From contig OZ242195.1 of the NCBI GenBank assembly GCA_965205975.1, positions 2,240,001 through 2,304,000 on the forward strand: 64,000 nt of DNA. The letters are read 5' to 3'. Numbering within the stretch: position 1 is the first letter of the stretch; every line of letters starts with the position of its first letter. The stretch comes from Candidatus Latescibacterota bacterium (GTDB lineage Bacteria; Latescibacterota; UBA2968). This document shows positions 9,771-19,372 of the stretch, piece by piece. The translations under genes and the position numbers were made by a program. The notes below the pieces were generated by a model. It was not told the DNA's origin and searched no databases. It saw only the letters and a list, made by a program, of their open reading frames with translations.

Positions 9771-9845
9771 TTAGATATTCCAAAAATTTGTCAACCCCAA
9801 GCGTTTTAGACAAACCTGAACGCTTTTTTCACCTTGTGAGAAATC
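9771..9845 (+). repeat. Conserved cassette leader, copy 3 (5'-truncated)
   Basis: Colinear with 4067-4141. Confidence 0.9.
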
Positions 9846-11072
9846 ATGGCTATTACATCTATAACTATTGAAAATTTCAAGTGCATCGGCGATGCCGTGA
9901 CCGTTCCCATACGCCCCATCACCTTGTTATTTGGCAAAAACAGTTCGGGCAAGTCAACTGTGTTGCAGGCACTCCTCTATCTACGCAAAATATGCAAAGC
10001 AGAACCAGAACCCTGGGAATTAGGTGGCAGAGGCGAGGGCTATGGCAGTGGTAGTGGCGAGCTTTTTGGCGGAGACTCTGATAGAGTTAGTAGCGATAGC
10101 AATAGAGAAATCGATCCAAACCACTTTAGAGGATCGGACGATTTTCGTTCTCTGGTGCATCGCCAGGAATTAGATCGGAAAATTCGAATTCGTCTTGAGT
10201 TTGGCATAAAATCAGAGGATGTGACGAAGTCGAAATCCGCATGGATAGAAATAATAACAGGATGTGACGGAGAACTACACATCAAACCTGATAAAACTGC
10301 GTTGCAGCAGTGTAGGCGCGAATTGCGAGACCTATTAGAGTTAGGACCAGTGCGAGATGTGCCAAAGCAGGCTCTTGGATCAACGTCTGATTTTGCTAAA
10401 GGTACCTGGACAACAGGGTTAGAGGCCTGGTATATACTTGCACAAGATCCCCAATTGCGAGAAAAGACAAACCACTATATGAAAAAGTTAGCACTTGGAT
10501 ACAGTTTCAGGTGTTCTGAAAACGGTGAACACGAAATTCAACTTTATGATGAAACCCATAAGATAGACGTTCATCCTTTACATGTTGGTTTTGGCATTTC
10601 GCAAGTCATTCCAGTCGTGGTAGGTGCATTAGAAAGTTCCCGTCGGCTTTTCGCAGTTGAACAGCCAGAGCTTCACGTTCACCCTGCCCTTCAAGTCGCT
10701 TTGGGCGACTTATTCATTGATGGAATAAAAAATAGCAATCGCACCATGCTCATTGAAACGCATTCTGAACACTTGTTGTTGCGATTGCTGCGACGTGTAC
10801 GTGAGACTAATGTTCGTAACTCGAAAAAATACGAATGGCGACAAAGTTCAATGTCCCCTCTACACCAAGAGATGTCAGAGGCCGCCATTCGTGACGCAGA
10901 AAATCAAGACTCAAAAGATCACCAATTGACGCCAGACGATCTGTCTGTGGTCTATGTTCGACCAACGCCAGCAGGAGTTAAATTCACTCCACTCGCTGTA
11001 ACGAATGACGGCGATTTTAATGCACCATGGCCAGAAGGCTTCTTCGACGAGCGAGTGGAGGAACTTTTATGA
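9846..11072 (+). CDS. ABC/AAA-type ATPase (DUF3696-like), cassette 3, shorter central region
   Basis: GKNSSGKS, VGFGISQ, AVEQPELHVHP, IETHSEH, WPEGFF. Confidence 0.85.
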   Translation: MAITSITIENFKCIGDAVTVPIRPITLLFGKNSSGKSTVLQALLYLRKICKAEPEPWELGGRGEGYGSGSGELFGGDSDRVSSDSNREIDPNHFRGSDDFRSLVHRQELDRKIRIRLEFGIKSEDVTKSKSAWIEIITGCDGELHIKPDKTALQQCRRELRDLLELGPVRDVPKQALGSTSDFAKGTWTTGLEAWYILAQDPQLREKTNHYMKKLALGYSFRCSENGEHEIQLYDETHKIDVHPLHVGFGISQVIPVVVGALESSRRLFAVEQPELHVHPALQVALGDLFIDGIKNSNRTMLIETHSEHLLLRLLRRVRETNVRNSKKYEWRQSSMSPLHQEMSEAAIRDAENQDSKDHQLTPDDLSVVYVRPTPAGVKFTPLAVTNDGDFNAPWPEGFFDERVEELL

Positions 11073-12001
11073 CAAAAGAACAGCGCGATAATAAAAAGCT
11101 GATTCATGATTATGCGTTAGAACCCGAACTGATCGCAAATTGCGATCAATTCTTATTTCGATACCTTACCCAATACAAAAAATTTGGCTGGGACACAGGC
11201 TGCATCGTAGTTCAATACCCCAATCACTGGCGAGAACTGGTTGAGAGACTATTCAATGATAACAAACGGTCCGAACTATTGCTGACGCGTTTGCTTAGAA
11301 CAAAGGCCGTACGCCATGACTCCACGTGGAACGATTTATTCCCTTGGATTGAAAACGCTGCAAACGAAAAAAGTCCCCATCCGTTTCATGTGATCTTGGC
11401 CCACAATAATCCTAACCCACAGAAATGGTCCAACATCGTATGCGCGGAAGATATTTCTCTCGGAGATGATAGAGCTTGGGACGATCCTCCTTCTTCAGCC
11501 ACAGTAAATCGGACTGCTACTTCAATGGCAGCTTGCATTGAGCCTCTGCTAAGATATGCAACGCAAATTCATTTCATTGATCCACATTTTTGCCCGTTGC
11601 AAGATAGATTCAAGAATCCTTTAAGTAAATTCCTAAAAATCATTTGTCACGATAGCCATGAGGTCTCACTCGAATATCACACCTTAGCTGACAACACATT
11701 GTGCTGGAAAGATTTTCAACAGAAATGCGAAGATGAGCTTCCTCATCTAATTCCTAAAGGTTTTACGCTCACTGTCCGCCGTTGGAAAAACAGGGTCGGA
11801 GGTGAGCGTTTTCATAATCGCTATATCCTCACTAACATCGGTGGTGTAGCTTTCGGTAATAGTATCGCCGAAGCTCCGAAAGGAGAGGATAATATCTCCC
11901 GCTTGAGTGAAATTGATTCTCAAAGATGGCTCAATAAGTACTCTGGTGACTCACCTGCATTTGATCTGGAGGGAGAAGTAAATATAAAAAGCACACTATG
12001 A
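11069..12001 (+). CDS. PLD-like (HNR) hypothetical protein, cassette 3 partner
   Basis: ATGA overlap with the ATPase stop. DYALEPE, IHFIDPHF and FHNRYILTNIGG motifs. Confidence 0.6.
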   Translation: MTKEQRDNKKLIHDYALEPELIANCDQFLFRYLTQYKKFGWDTGCIVVQYPNHWRELVERLFNDNKRSELLLTRLLRTKAVRHDSTWNDLFPWIENAANEKSPHPFHVILAHNNPNPQKWSNIVCAEDISLGDDRAWDDPPSSATVNRTATSMAACIEPLLRYATQIHFIDPHFCPLQDRFKNPLSKFLKIICHDSHEVSLEYHTLADNTLCWKDFQQKCEDELPHLIPKGFTLTVRRWKNRVGGERFHNRYILTNIGGVAFGNSIAEAPKGEDNISRLSEIDSQRWLNKYSGDSPAFDLEGEVNIKSTL

Positions 12002-12038
12002 AGAATCAGATAATTGGTGGAAAATAAGACAGAAGAGT

Positions 12039-12089
12039 GACTTGTCACAAACAACGGGTTGCAAGTATTCGAGGCAAGTCTCTTTTTTT
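12039..12089 (+). terminator. Probable intrinsic terminator closing the array
   Basis: GACTTGTC...GGCAAGTC stem with a large loop, followed by a T7 run. Confidence 0.55.
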
Positions 12090-12122
12090 ATTAGTGGGAG
12101 GAATGGGCGGACTAACAACTAC

Positions 12123-12149
12123 GGGCGGGCACAGGAGCACCGCCCCTAC
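12123..12149 (-). repeat. GTAG-type REP-like palindrome
   Basis: Minus strand reads GTAGGGGCGGTGCTCCTGTGCCCGCCC, with a GGGCGG/CCGCCC stem after GTAG. Confidence 0.55.
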
Positions 12150-12197
12150 AGCCTTGGAATGGCTGGATGGACTAATAACTGACTGCTGATCACTACT

Positions 12198-13703
12198 CTA
12201 ACCAAACGCCTCTTGCAAATACCCCAAATCGAGTTCGGGATAAACCGGGAATCGCTCGAGAAGATTGGCGATCCTCTGTTGGGCGTCTTCGAGCACACCA
12301 TCCTGAATCCTGTATTGGACCTTACTAAACTGTCCCGCACTTCTGCCCTTCGTGAACTTCAATGGCCGTGCATGGGTGAGCACATTGCCCATGACCGCGC
12401 CGATCTCTCGCATCTCTTCTGCCCCCATACCAAGCGTCGTAAGCGCCGGTGTCCCAACCCTGAGACCACTGGTGTACCATGGACCATTGGGATCAAAGGG
12501 AATCGTATTTTTATTCAGCGTAATCCCGGCATCGCGGAGCAAGGTTTCGGCCTGGCGACCCGTGAGATTAAAAGGCGTAACATCAATCTGCAGCAAATGA
12601 TTGTCAGTACCCCCAGTAAGAACTGTAAGCCCCGCATCCATACACGCCTGTGCGAGCACCCGGGCATTATCGACAATACTGGCGGCATAAGCACAAAATT
12701 CAGGCGTACTCGCCTCCTCAAACGCGACAGCTTTGGCCGCCATCACATGAGGCAGTGGACCACCGAGCACCATCGGGCAGCCTTTATCGACCTGTTCGGC
12801 AAATTCTTCCGTACACAAAACCATACCCCCTCTGGGACCGCGCAGGGTTTTGTGTGTGGTCGTCGTAACGACATGGGCATGGGCAACCGGATCAAAATCG
12901 CCCGCGAAAACTTTGCCAGCAACCAGCCCGGCAAAATGCGCCATATCGACCATAAAAACAGCCCCCACTTCATCGGCGATTTCCCGGAAAATGCGGAAAT
13001 TAATTTTGCGCGGATATGCACTATAACCCGCTAAAAGAATCAAAGGTTTGATCTCTCTGGCCTGGTCGCGGACTTCATCGTAGTCGATCAGGCCAGTTTC
13101 TTTATTCACCGTGTATGCATGTGCCTCAAACATGCGCCCAGACACATTGATGCGATAGCCGTGCGTGAGATGCCCCCCGGATGAAAGATCCAGCCCCAGG
13201 AGCTTTTGATTGCCCAATTGCGTGCGAAGCACGCCCCATGCTTCATCCGAAAGATCAAACGGCGATTTTTTCCCCATTTCTTCGAGTGCGACATCTTGAA
13301 CGCGCCCCGAAAGAATCGCCCAAAAAGCGACCATATTGGCATCTGCGCCCGAATGGGGTTGAACATAAGCGTGATCCGCACCAAAGAGATCGCACGCCAG
13401 TTTTGCAGCCTGACTTTCGATCGCATCTACATTATCACAACCCGCGTAAAAGCGGTGATCGGGAATCCCCTCGGCGTATTTGTCAGTCAGCAAATTGCCC
13501 ATAGCCAGTTGCGTGGGCAAAGAACAATAATTCTCGCTCGCAATCATTTTGAGATTGGAACGCTGGTCGGCCAACTCGCGTACAATATTTTTTGCCACAT
13601 CGGGCGATACGGAGGCGACCTGTTCCAGCGAGGCCAAATAGGCGACAAATCCGGGATTTGGGGTGGAATTTTGAGACAGATAGTTGGCAAGGGTGCTGGA
13701 CAT
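12198..13703 (-). CDS. glyA: Serine hydroxymethyltransferase
   Basis: [48 protein letters not shown]. Confidence 0.97.
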   Translation of the reverse strand: MSSTLANYLSQNSTPNPGFVAYLASLEQVASVSPDVAKNIVRELADQRSNLKMIASENYCSLPTQLAMGNLLTDKYAEGIPDHRFYAGCDNVDAIESQAAKLACDLFGADHAYVQPHSGADANMVAFWAILSGRVQDVALEEMGKKSPFDLSDEAWGVLRTQLGNQKLLGLDLSSGGHLTHGYRINVSGRMFEAHAYTVNKETGLIDYDEVRDQAREIKPLILLAGYSAYPRKINFRIFREIADEVGAVFMVDMAHFAGLVAGKVFAGDFDPVAHAHVVTTTTHKTLRGPRGGMVLCTEEFAEQVDKGCPMVLGGPLPHVMAAKAVAFEEASTPEFCAYAASIVDNARVLAQACMDAGLTVLTGGTDNHLLQIDVTPFNLTGRQAETLLRDAGITLNKNTIPFDPNGPWYTSGLRVGTPALTTLGMGAEEMREIGAVMGNVLTHARPLKFTKGRSAGQFSKVQYRIQDGVLEDAQQRIANLLERFPVYPELDLGYLQEAFG

Positions 13704-13732
13704 GGATGTTCTCCTCGTATTTGGCCCGATAC

Positions 13733-13775
13733 AAAAATAGCCCGGGCTGTGTGTGGATTTTCATAAGCCCAGGCG
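13733..13775 (-). terminator. Riboswitch-controlled intrinsic terminator upstream of glyA
   Basis: Minus strand GCCTGGGCT...AGCCCGGGC followed by TATTTTT. The 5' arm overlaps the aptamer 3' stem. Confidence 0.7.
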
Positions 13776-13848
13776 ATCGGCTATCGGATGAAGAGCGCTG
13801 CGCTTCCCCGTGGTCGATTCCACGTTCATTCGCCAGTCACGCAGACCC
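13767..13848 (-). ncRNA. ZMP/ZTP (pfl) riboswitch
   Basis: Minus strand GCGTGACTGGCGAA..GTGGAATCGACCACGGGGAAGCGC...GCCGATCGCCTGGGC matches the pfl consensus. Lies upstream of glyA, a typical target. Confidence 0.9.
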
Positions 13849-13860
13849 TTGTCAAAAATC

Positions 13861-13888
13861 AATATACAGAATTGCAGACCAAAGTCAA
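13861..13888 (-). promoter_or_regulatory. Putative sigma70 promoter for riboswitch-glyA
   Basis: TTGACT-16nt-TATATT with TG just before the -10. Confidence 0.5.
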
Positions 13889-13895
13889 CGGTTTG

Positions 13896-15323
13896 TTAGG
13901 ACGTAAAAAAACGCCAGCCCCACAAAATAAGGGGATAGCCCGCAACAAAAATAACACGCGCAATAACACCCTCTATTGACGTATCGTGAAGATATGGGGA
14001 TAACACCAAAAAAACGACTGCCCCCGCAATACATATTTTCCCCAAACGCCCGTACTCGTAGGGAACCGGATAAAACCGACGCACGATGAGATAAAGCAAA
14101 ACTGTCATCAAAACATGCGCGACAAGCGTACTATAAGCAGCGGCAATAAATCCGAGTTTGGGTAAAAGGAAAATATTAATAGCGATATTCACACACGCAC
14201 CCATCCCCACAATAAACGGCAGAGATCCTGCCCGACCTTCGGCATATACACCCGCGGTGAGAATGATATAAAGACCGTGAAAGAAAAATGCCAGCCCCAC
14301 CAGCGGGACAACCCGTATGCCTTCGAGATAAGTCTGTGCATTGTCGCCAGTGATCAGAACGATTATTTCGCGTGCAAAAGTGGCTAATATCAGACAGCCA
14401 AAAATACCGAACAACGTGAAATACGTGGTGACACGCGCACACATCTGCCGCGTATCTTCCTCTGTATTTTCATCCTCGGTTTCGTCGAGCACGGCAGGTG
14501 CCCAGGCAGAGCGAAACGCTTTAACCACAAAATAGATGGGCAAACCGAGTTTATAGGTAATGCCGTAAATACCCAGATCGTCGAGGTCCAAAAAAAAGCG
14601 GATTAGAAAGCGGTCAGACAGGCTAATGATGAGAAAAGAAAAGGCCGAGGGTACAAAAGGCAGGCCAAAATGCAGAAGTTCGCGCAACGCGCGCATATCA
14701 AAAGTTGGACGAATTAAGCGCAGTCCAACGGGAAACATGACAATAAGTGCAAAGAGAGAACTGATGAAATTGGCTTCAAAAACCGCGACAGGCCCGCGTC
14801 CAAGACCGGCGATGAAATACGCGGTGAGACCGAGTTGTAGCGTGTGTTGAATCACCCGCACAATCGCATAGTGAAAGGATCGCTGTCGAGCGCGACAAAG
14901 CGTGAAAAGGGGTTCTGACAGCGCGTCCAAAAGGACAACGGCGGCAATAAGTTCGAAGATCGCACTGTAATCCGAACTGCCCAAAAGATGATGCGCGAGA
15001 CTCTCCGCATTGATCCAGACCAGACTCGACAGAATAACACCTGTGGCGAATAGTGCCCAAAATGCGGAGCTAAATGCGGCGCGATATTTGCCGAGATCGG
15101 CCTTGCCAGATAAGAGGCGGACCAGCGCGGGATTGAGACCGAGAGAATAAAAAACCGCGCTAAATCCAATAAATGCAAATGCCAGGGACAAAATGCCATT
15201 ATCAGCAGGTGTGAGATGCCTGGCATAGATGGGTACGAGCAAAATGGACACAGCGCGACCGAGCAGATCGCCCATGCCATAGACTGCCGTGTGTTGTGCG
15301 AGGGATTTAATTCGAGAGAACAT
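13896..15323 (-). CDS. Oligosaccharide flippase (Wzx/MOP family)
   Basis: Polytopic membrane protein with LLVPIYARHL, SDRFLI...LGIY and NIAINIFLLPKLGFIAAA. Confidence 0.85.
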   Translation of the reverse strand: MFSRIKSLAQHTAVYGMGDLLGRAVSILLVPIYARHLTPADNGILSLAFAFIGFSAVFYSLGLNPALVRLLSGKADLGKYRAAFSSAFWALFATGVILSSLVWINAESLAHHLLGSSDYSAIFELIAAVVLLDALSEPLFTLCRARQRSFHYAIVRVIQHTLQLGLTAYFIAGLGRGPVAVFEANFISSLFALIVMFPVGLRLIRPTFDMRALRELLHFGLPFVPSAFSFLIISLSDRFLIRFFLDLDDLGIYGITYKLGLPIYFVVKAFRSAWAPAVLDETEDENTEEDTRQMCARVTTYFTLFGIFGCLILATFAREIIVLITGDNAQTYLEGIRVVPLVGLAFFFHGLYIILTAGVYAEGRAGSLPFIVGMGACVNIAINIFLLPKLGFIAAAYSTLVAHVLMTVLLYLIVRRFYPVPYEYGRLGKICIAGAVVFLVLSPYLHDTSIEGVIARVIFVAGYPLILWGWRFFTS

Positions 15324-15333
15324 AATTCACCGC

Positions 15334-17778
15334 TCAAAGCATCGACATCGGATCGACATTGATCGCCAGGGTGACACCACGAGATCGGCGTTTATTGGGA
15401 GCAAATTGCGTGGCGGCACTGCGGGCGGCGGCATTGAGATGGCTGTGCGAATTGGACTTGAGCAAAACCTGCCAGCGATAGGTGCCCTGGATACGCGCGA
15501 GAGGAGCCTGTACGGGACCCAGAATTTCGACATCGGGAGATGTTTGTTCGCGCAAAGCCTGCGCGATTATGCCAGCCGTGCGTGCAACTTCGTGTTCATC
15601 TTTGCCCTTAAAGAGCAAAAGCACCACGCGCCCAAAGGGCGGATAACCCAGACTTTGACGCGCACTGAGTTCGCGCTGTGCAAAAGCTTCAAAATCGTGG
15701 TGCTGCGCGCATTGCACGGCTTCGCCATCGGGCATATAAGTTTGAATAACGACTTCCCCCGGAATCTCGCCCCGCCCGGCGCGTCCACTGACCTGAGTCA
15801 GCAATTGGAATGTGCGTTCACTGGCACGAAAATCCGGCAAATGGATACTCGTATCCGCAGAAATAACGCCGACGAGTGTCACGCCGGGAAAATCGAGTCC
15901 CTTGGCAATCATCTGTGTGCCGAGTAAAATATCAGCCTCGCCTCGGGAAAAGCGACTGAGTATGCGATCATGCGCGCCCTTGCGGCTCGTGGTATCCACA
16001 TCCATTCGCAAAACGCGCACACCGGGAAATTGCGCTTCGAGGGTCTCTTCAACGCGCTGTGTCCCCACGCCCAACAAATGAAAATTGCTGCTGTTACACG
16101 ACGGACACGCCGAGGGCGATGGCTCAATATAACCGCAATAATGACAGAGCATCAGGCGTCGCGTCGCGTGATAGGTAAGAGTGACCTGGCAGTGATCGCA
16201 CTGAATACTATGCCCGCAGTCGGCGCATTGAACCGCAGGTGCATATCCGCGCCGGTTTTGAAGCAAAATGGTGCGTTGACCCTTTGCAATGCGTTCGCGC
16301 ATCTTTTCCCGAAGCGGGCGAGAAAACAAGCTGCCACCTTCGTGCCGCATATCGACCAGTGTGACAGTGGGCAATGGACGATTGTCGATACGCTCTGGCA
16401 ATATGAGTTCGTTGAATTTTTGCGTCTTTGCATTGTGATGCGACTCGAGAGAAGGGGTTGCCGACCCCAGCACAATGGGCAAATTTTGCAGATGGGCGCG
16501 CATCACAGCGACATCCCGCGCATTGTAGCGAGGTGCGGGATCGTCTTGTTTGTACGAACCATCGTGTTCTTCGTCGATGATGATAAGACCCAGATTTTCC
16601 ACAGGTGCAAAAATAGCTGAGCGCGCACCAATAACAACGGCGCGTTTTCCCCTGCGAACCTCGCGCCAGGCATCGTAGCGTTCCCCAGGGGATAATGCAC
16701 TGTGCAAAACTGCGACGCGATCGCCAAAATGGGCGCGAAAGCGGCGGACGGTCTGCGGCGTCAGAGTGATTTCCGGCACCAGAACAATCGCGCCTTTTCC
16801 CGATGCGAGTGCGTGTGCAACCGCCCGAATATAGACCAGTGTTTTGCCGCTACCCGTCACCCCGCGCAAAAGGTGAACCCGAAAGGTGTTTTCATCAATG
16901 CTCTGTCTAATCGCCTGGATACCCCGCGCTTGATGAGGCGTAAGCGTTACATCCTCTGGCGGAGGAAGATCGGCATCGGCATAAGGGTCGCGCACCACTT
17001 CGCGATCTATAAAACAGATCAAATTGCGCCTGACCATTTCTCTCAGTACGCTCGAAGAAATCCCTTCTGCGGATAGCTGTGAGGCCAAAAGGGAACGATT
17101 TGCCGAACGCAGACGGCGAATACATTGCGCCTGTCGTGGGGCGCGTTTTTCCAGTGTGGGCAATTCCAGATCAAACCAGCGCGGATCATTGGGCACAAGT
17201 GCCACTGCACGCTGGGTTTTTGTTTTTACTTTTGGGGCTGACATCTTTTGAAACGCGACCAGAACACCCCGCCTCAAAAGACCGTATATCGCGGGCTGTA
17301 CGCCCTGTTTTCCAAGTCGTTTTTGGAGTTGGCGCATCGATGCCGAACCGAGTTCGCCCAGTGCAGTGACGACCTCCCGCTGGCGTGGGGAAAGCAGGCG
17401 AATGATCGCGTCGTCAAAGTTTTTTTCAAGGGCAAAATGCTGTCCACTATCCAGGTGAATACCCGATGGAAGAGCTGCAGAAAGCACTTCCGAGAGACTA
17501 CATAGATAATACCAGGCCATCCACTTGCACAATTCGAGCATCGGCGGTATTACAAGCGGGTAGGAATCGAGGATTTGTGCAATGGTCTTAATGCGATTGG
17601 AGGGCAGATCGCACGTTTCGCAAAAGCCGACGACAATACCCGTAACCCAGCGTTCTCCAAAAGGAACGAGAACGCGGTAGCCCGTTTGCAGATCGTTCTG
17701 GAGATCGTCGGGAATGCGGTAGGTAAATGTATCGAGGGACGTGCCCAGAGGAACGATGTGTGCAAAGGGGTGTGCCAT
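15334..17778 (-). CDS. priA: Primosomal protein N'
   Basis: GVTGSGKT, LVPEITLTPQ, IIDEEHDGSYKQ, Zn-finger cysteines, GTQMIAKGLDF, QVSGRAGR. Confidence 0.97.
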   Translation of the reverse strand: MAHPFAHIVPLGTSLDTFTYRIPDDLQNDLQTGYRVLVPFGERWVTGIVVGFCETCDLPSNRIKTIAQILDSYPLVIPPMLELCKWMAWYYLCSLSEVLSAALPSGIHLDSGQHFALEKNFDDAIIRLLSPRQREVVTALGELGSASMRQLQKRLGKQGVQPAIYGLLRRGVLVAFQKMSAPKVKTKTQRAVALVPNDPRWFDLELPTLEKRAPRQAQCIRRLRSANRSLLASQLSAEGISSSVLREMVRRNLICFIDREVVRDPYADADLPPPEDVTLTPHQARGIQAIRQSIDENTFRVHLLRGVTGSGKTLVYIRAVAHALASGKGAIVLVPEITLTPQTVRRFRAHFGDRVAVLHSALSPGERYDAWREVRRGKRAVVIGARSAIFAPVENLGLIIIDEEHDGSYKQDDPAPRYNARDVAVMRAHLQNLPIVLGSATPSLESHHNAKTQKFNELILPERIDNRPLPTVTLVDMRHEGGSLFSRPLREKMRERIAKGQRTILLQNRRGYAPAVQCADCGHSIQCDHCQVTLTYHATRRLMLCHYCGYIEPSPSACPSCNSSNFHLLGVGTQRVEETLEAQFPGVRVLRMDVDTTSRKGAHDRILSRFSRGEADILLGTQMIAKGLDFPGVTLVGVISADTSIHLPDFRASERTFQLLTQVSGRAGRGEIPGEVVIQTYMPDGEAVQCAQHHDFEAFAQRELSARQSLGYPPFGRVVLLLFKGKDEHEVARTAGIIAQALREQTSPDVEILGPVQAPLARIQGTYRWQVLLKSNSHSHLNAAARSAATQFAPNKRRSRGVTLAINVDPMSML

Positions 17779-17787
17779 AGAAACAAA

Positions 17788-18744
17788 CTATCGGCCTATC
17801 TGCGAGTTAGAAGGCTTTTCGTCGAGTTCTTCGACTTTGATGAGCGTGCGGGAAATGGTCAAGCGAAGGCCGCGTTCGGGTGGGCTGGCAAATTCGAGAG
17901 GCTGGTTCTGCAGTGAAAGCGAAATTGAGCCAGCACGCTGTATCTCCACTTGAAAGCGGTCATGGGCCAGCCAGCGTTGCTCCAGGTCGGGTGAAAGCAC
18001 ACCAGTAAAAACCCCGCGACCATCGGCAGTAATGGATAGATGCACGGTTTCACTTGCAACGCCAGAAAGAGTCATGATTTGCTCCGCAGCAATGACGCCG
18101 GGAATGGGCAAATTATATGTGGAGAGCACAGCGAGTGCTGGTTGGGAAGTTGGCGTCTCCTCCACAATATCCGGTGGCATCATCTGGTTTTCCAATAGAG
18201 GTTGAGATGGCATAACAGACTCCGTGCTGTCTCGTAGTTGCATCTCTTGTACGGCGTTCGCACTGTCCTTCTCTGCTTCGGAAATATTTATTTCTTCGAG
18301 TGGGATAACCGATTCCGTGCTATCTGGTATTGGAAGAGGTGATGTGGTTGTATCGAGCGGCACTGTGAGCGGTGTTTCTTCACGCGAGTTAAGAATGATG
18401 ATCACCACTGCAATCACCGCGAATGCGAGTAAAGAGATAAATATTGCGCTGCGGTTTATCCCGCGTTCTGGAGGGGACTGTACTGTGACCCGCTCGCGCG
18501 GCAACGCAACGCTTCTGTCAAAAAGAATAAGGATGTCCCGAACATTGAGGTTGAGTTCTTGGGCATAAGTTTTGAGAAACAAACGCGCGTAAGCTAAGGG
18601 CAATAAATCAAATTGCCCCGCTTCAAGCACTTTGATAAACTCGGGATTGATCCGCGTGTGTTCATATATATCACCGATACTCAAACCCAGATTCTCGCGC
18701 TGCGTTTTGAGTAATTCACCAATGTCTTGTTTTTCATCTGTCAT
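17788..18744 (-). CDS. RodZ-like HTH membrane protein (DUF4115 C-terminus)
   Basis: N-terminal HTH (IGELLKTQRE...YARLFLKTYAQEL), single TM helix, periplasmic C-terminus. Confidence 0.8.
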   Translation of the reverse strand: MTDEKQDIGELLKTQRENLGLSIGDIYEHTRINPEFIKVLEAGQFDLLPLAYARLFLKTYAQELNLNVRDILILFDRSVALPRERVTVQSPPERGINRSAIFISLLAFAVIAVVIIILNSREETPLTVPLDTTTSPLPIPDSTESVIPLEEINISEAEKDSANAVQEMQLRDSTESVMPSQPLLENQMMPPDIVEETPTSQPALAVLSTYNLPIPGVIAAEQIMTLSGVASETVHLSITADGRGVFTGVLSPDLEQRWLAHDRFQVEIQRAGSISLSLQNQPLEFASPPERGLRLTISRTLIKVEELDEKPSNSQIGR

Positions 18745-19372
18745 AGATGGTTGTATTCCCGTTATTTGTTAGATCTATTTCGGGTATAATCGCCCAAAGC
18801 GATTGCCCGATCAGACGGTGATAAAGGCTCCAAAAACTCGCAAGTGGCAAACCCACCACATTGTAGAAGCAGCCAGAGATGGATTGAATAAATGCAGATG
18901 CACGTCCCTGCGCACCATAAGCACCGGCTTTGTCCATAGAATCGCCAGTGGCGACATAGCGCGAGATATCCTCCGATGAGAGCACGCGCATGGTGACGTG
19001 AGTAGTAGCAACCTCTGTGAGGGTCTGACCGGTTTCCGTATCTGTAAGGGCCAGCCCGGTATAGACTTGATGGGTTTTTCCCGAAAGTTGCGCCAGCATG
19101 TCTTCGGCGTGTTTGGCGTCATTCGGTTTCTCAAAAATCGCATTTTCCAATACCACAACTGTATCGGCACCCAAAATGAGCGCGTGGTCAAAACGATGGA
19201 CAACTGCCTGTGTTTTGCGCTGCGCGATTTCCCTCACATATTCAGCGGGTGGCAAAATAGTATCCAAAGACTCATTCGCATTGCTCGGCGCAATCTCAAA
19301 TGGAATATCCAACAAACGCAACAAACGCGCACGCCTGGGCGAAGCAGACGCGAGAATTAGTCTCTTCTTCAT
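18734..19372 (-). CDS. maf: Maf-family nucleotide pyrophosphatase
   Basis: [29 protein letters not shown]. Confidence 0.95.
   Translation of the reverse strand: MKKRLILASASPRRARLLRLLDIPFEIAPSNANESLDTILPPAEYVREIAQRKTQAVVHRFDHALILGADTVVVLENAIFEKPNDAKHAEDMLAQLSGKTHQVYTGLALTDTETGQTLTEVATTHVTMRVLSSEDISRYVATGDSMDKAGAYGAQGRASAFIQSISGCFYNVVGLPLASFWSLYHRLIGQSLWAIIPEIDLTNNGNTTIYDR

Noticed and set aside
4043..9845. Leader repeats as a CRISPR array or integron attC sites
   Set aside because: They are separated by about 3-kb gene pairs, homology continues into coding sequence, and there are no attC-type R/L boxes, integrase or cas genes.
12213..13034. 273-aa ORF antisense to glyA, and similar long antisense ORFs over priA, the RND (21018-22049) and the P450 (23568-24386)
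   Set aside because: These are shadow frames of well-supported genes and have no recognisable motifs.
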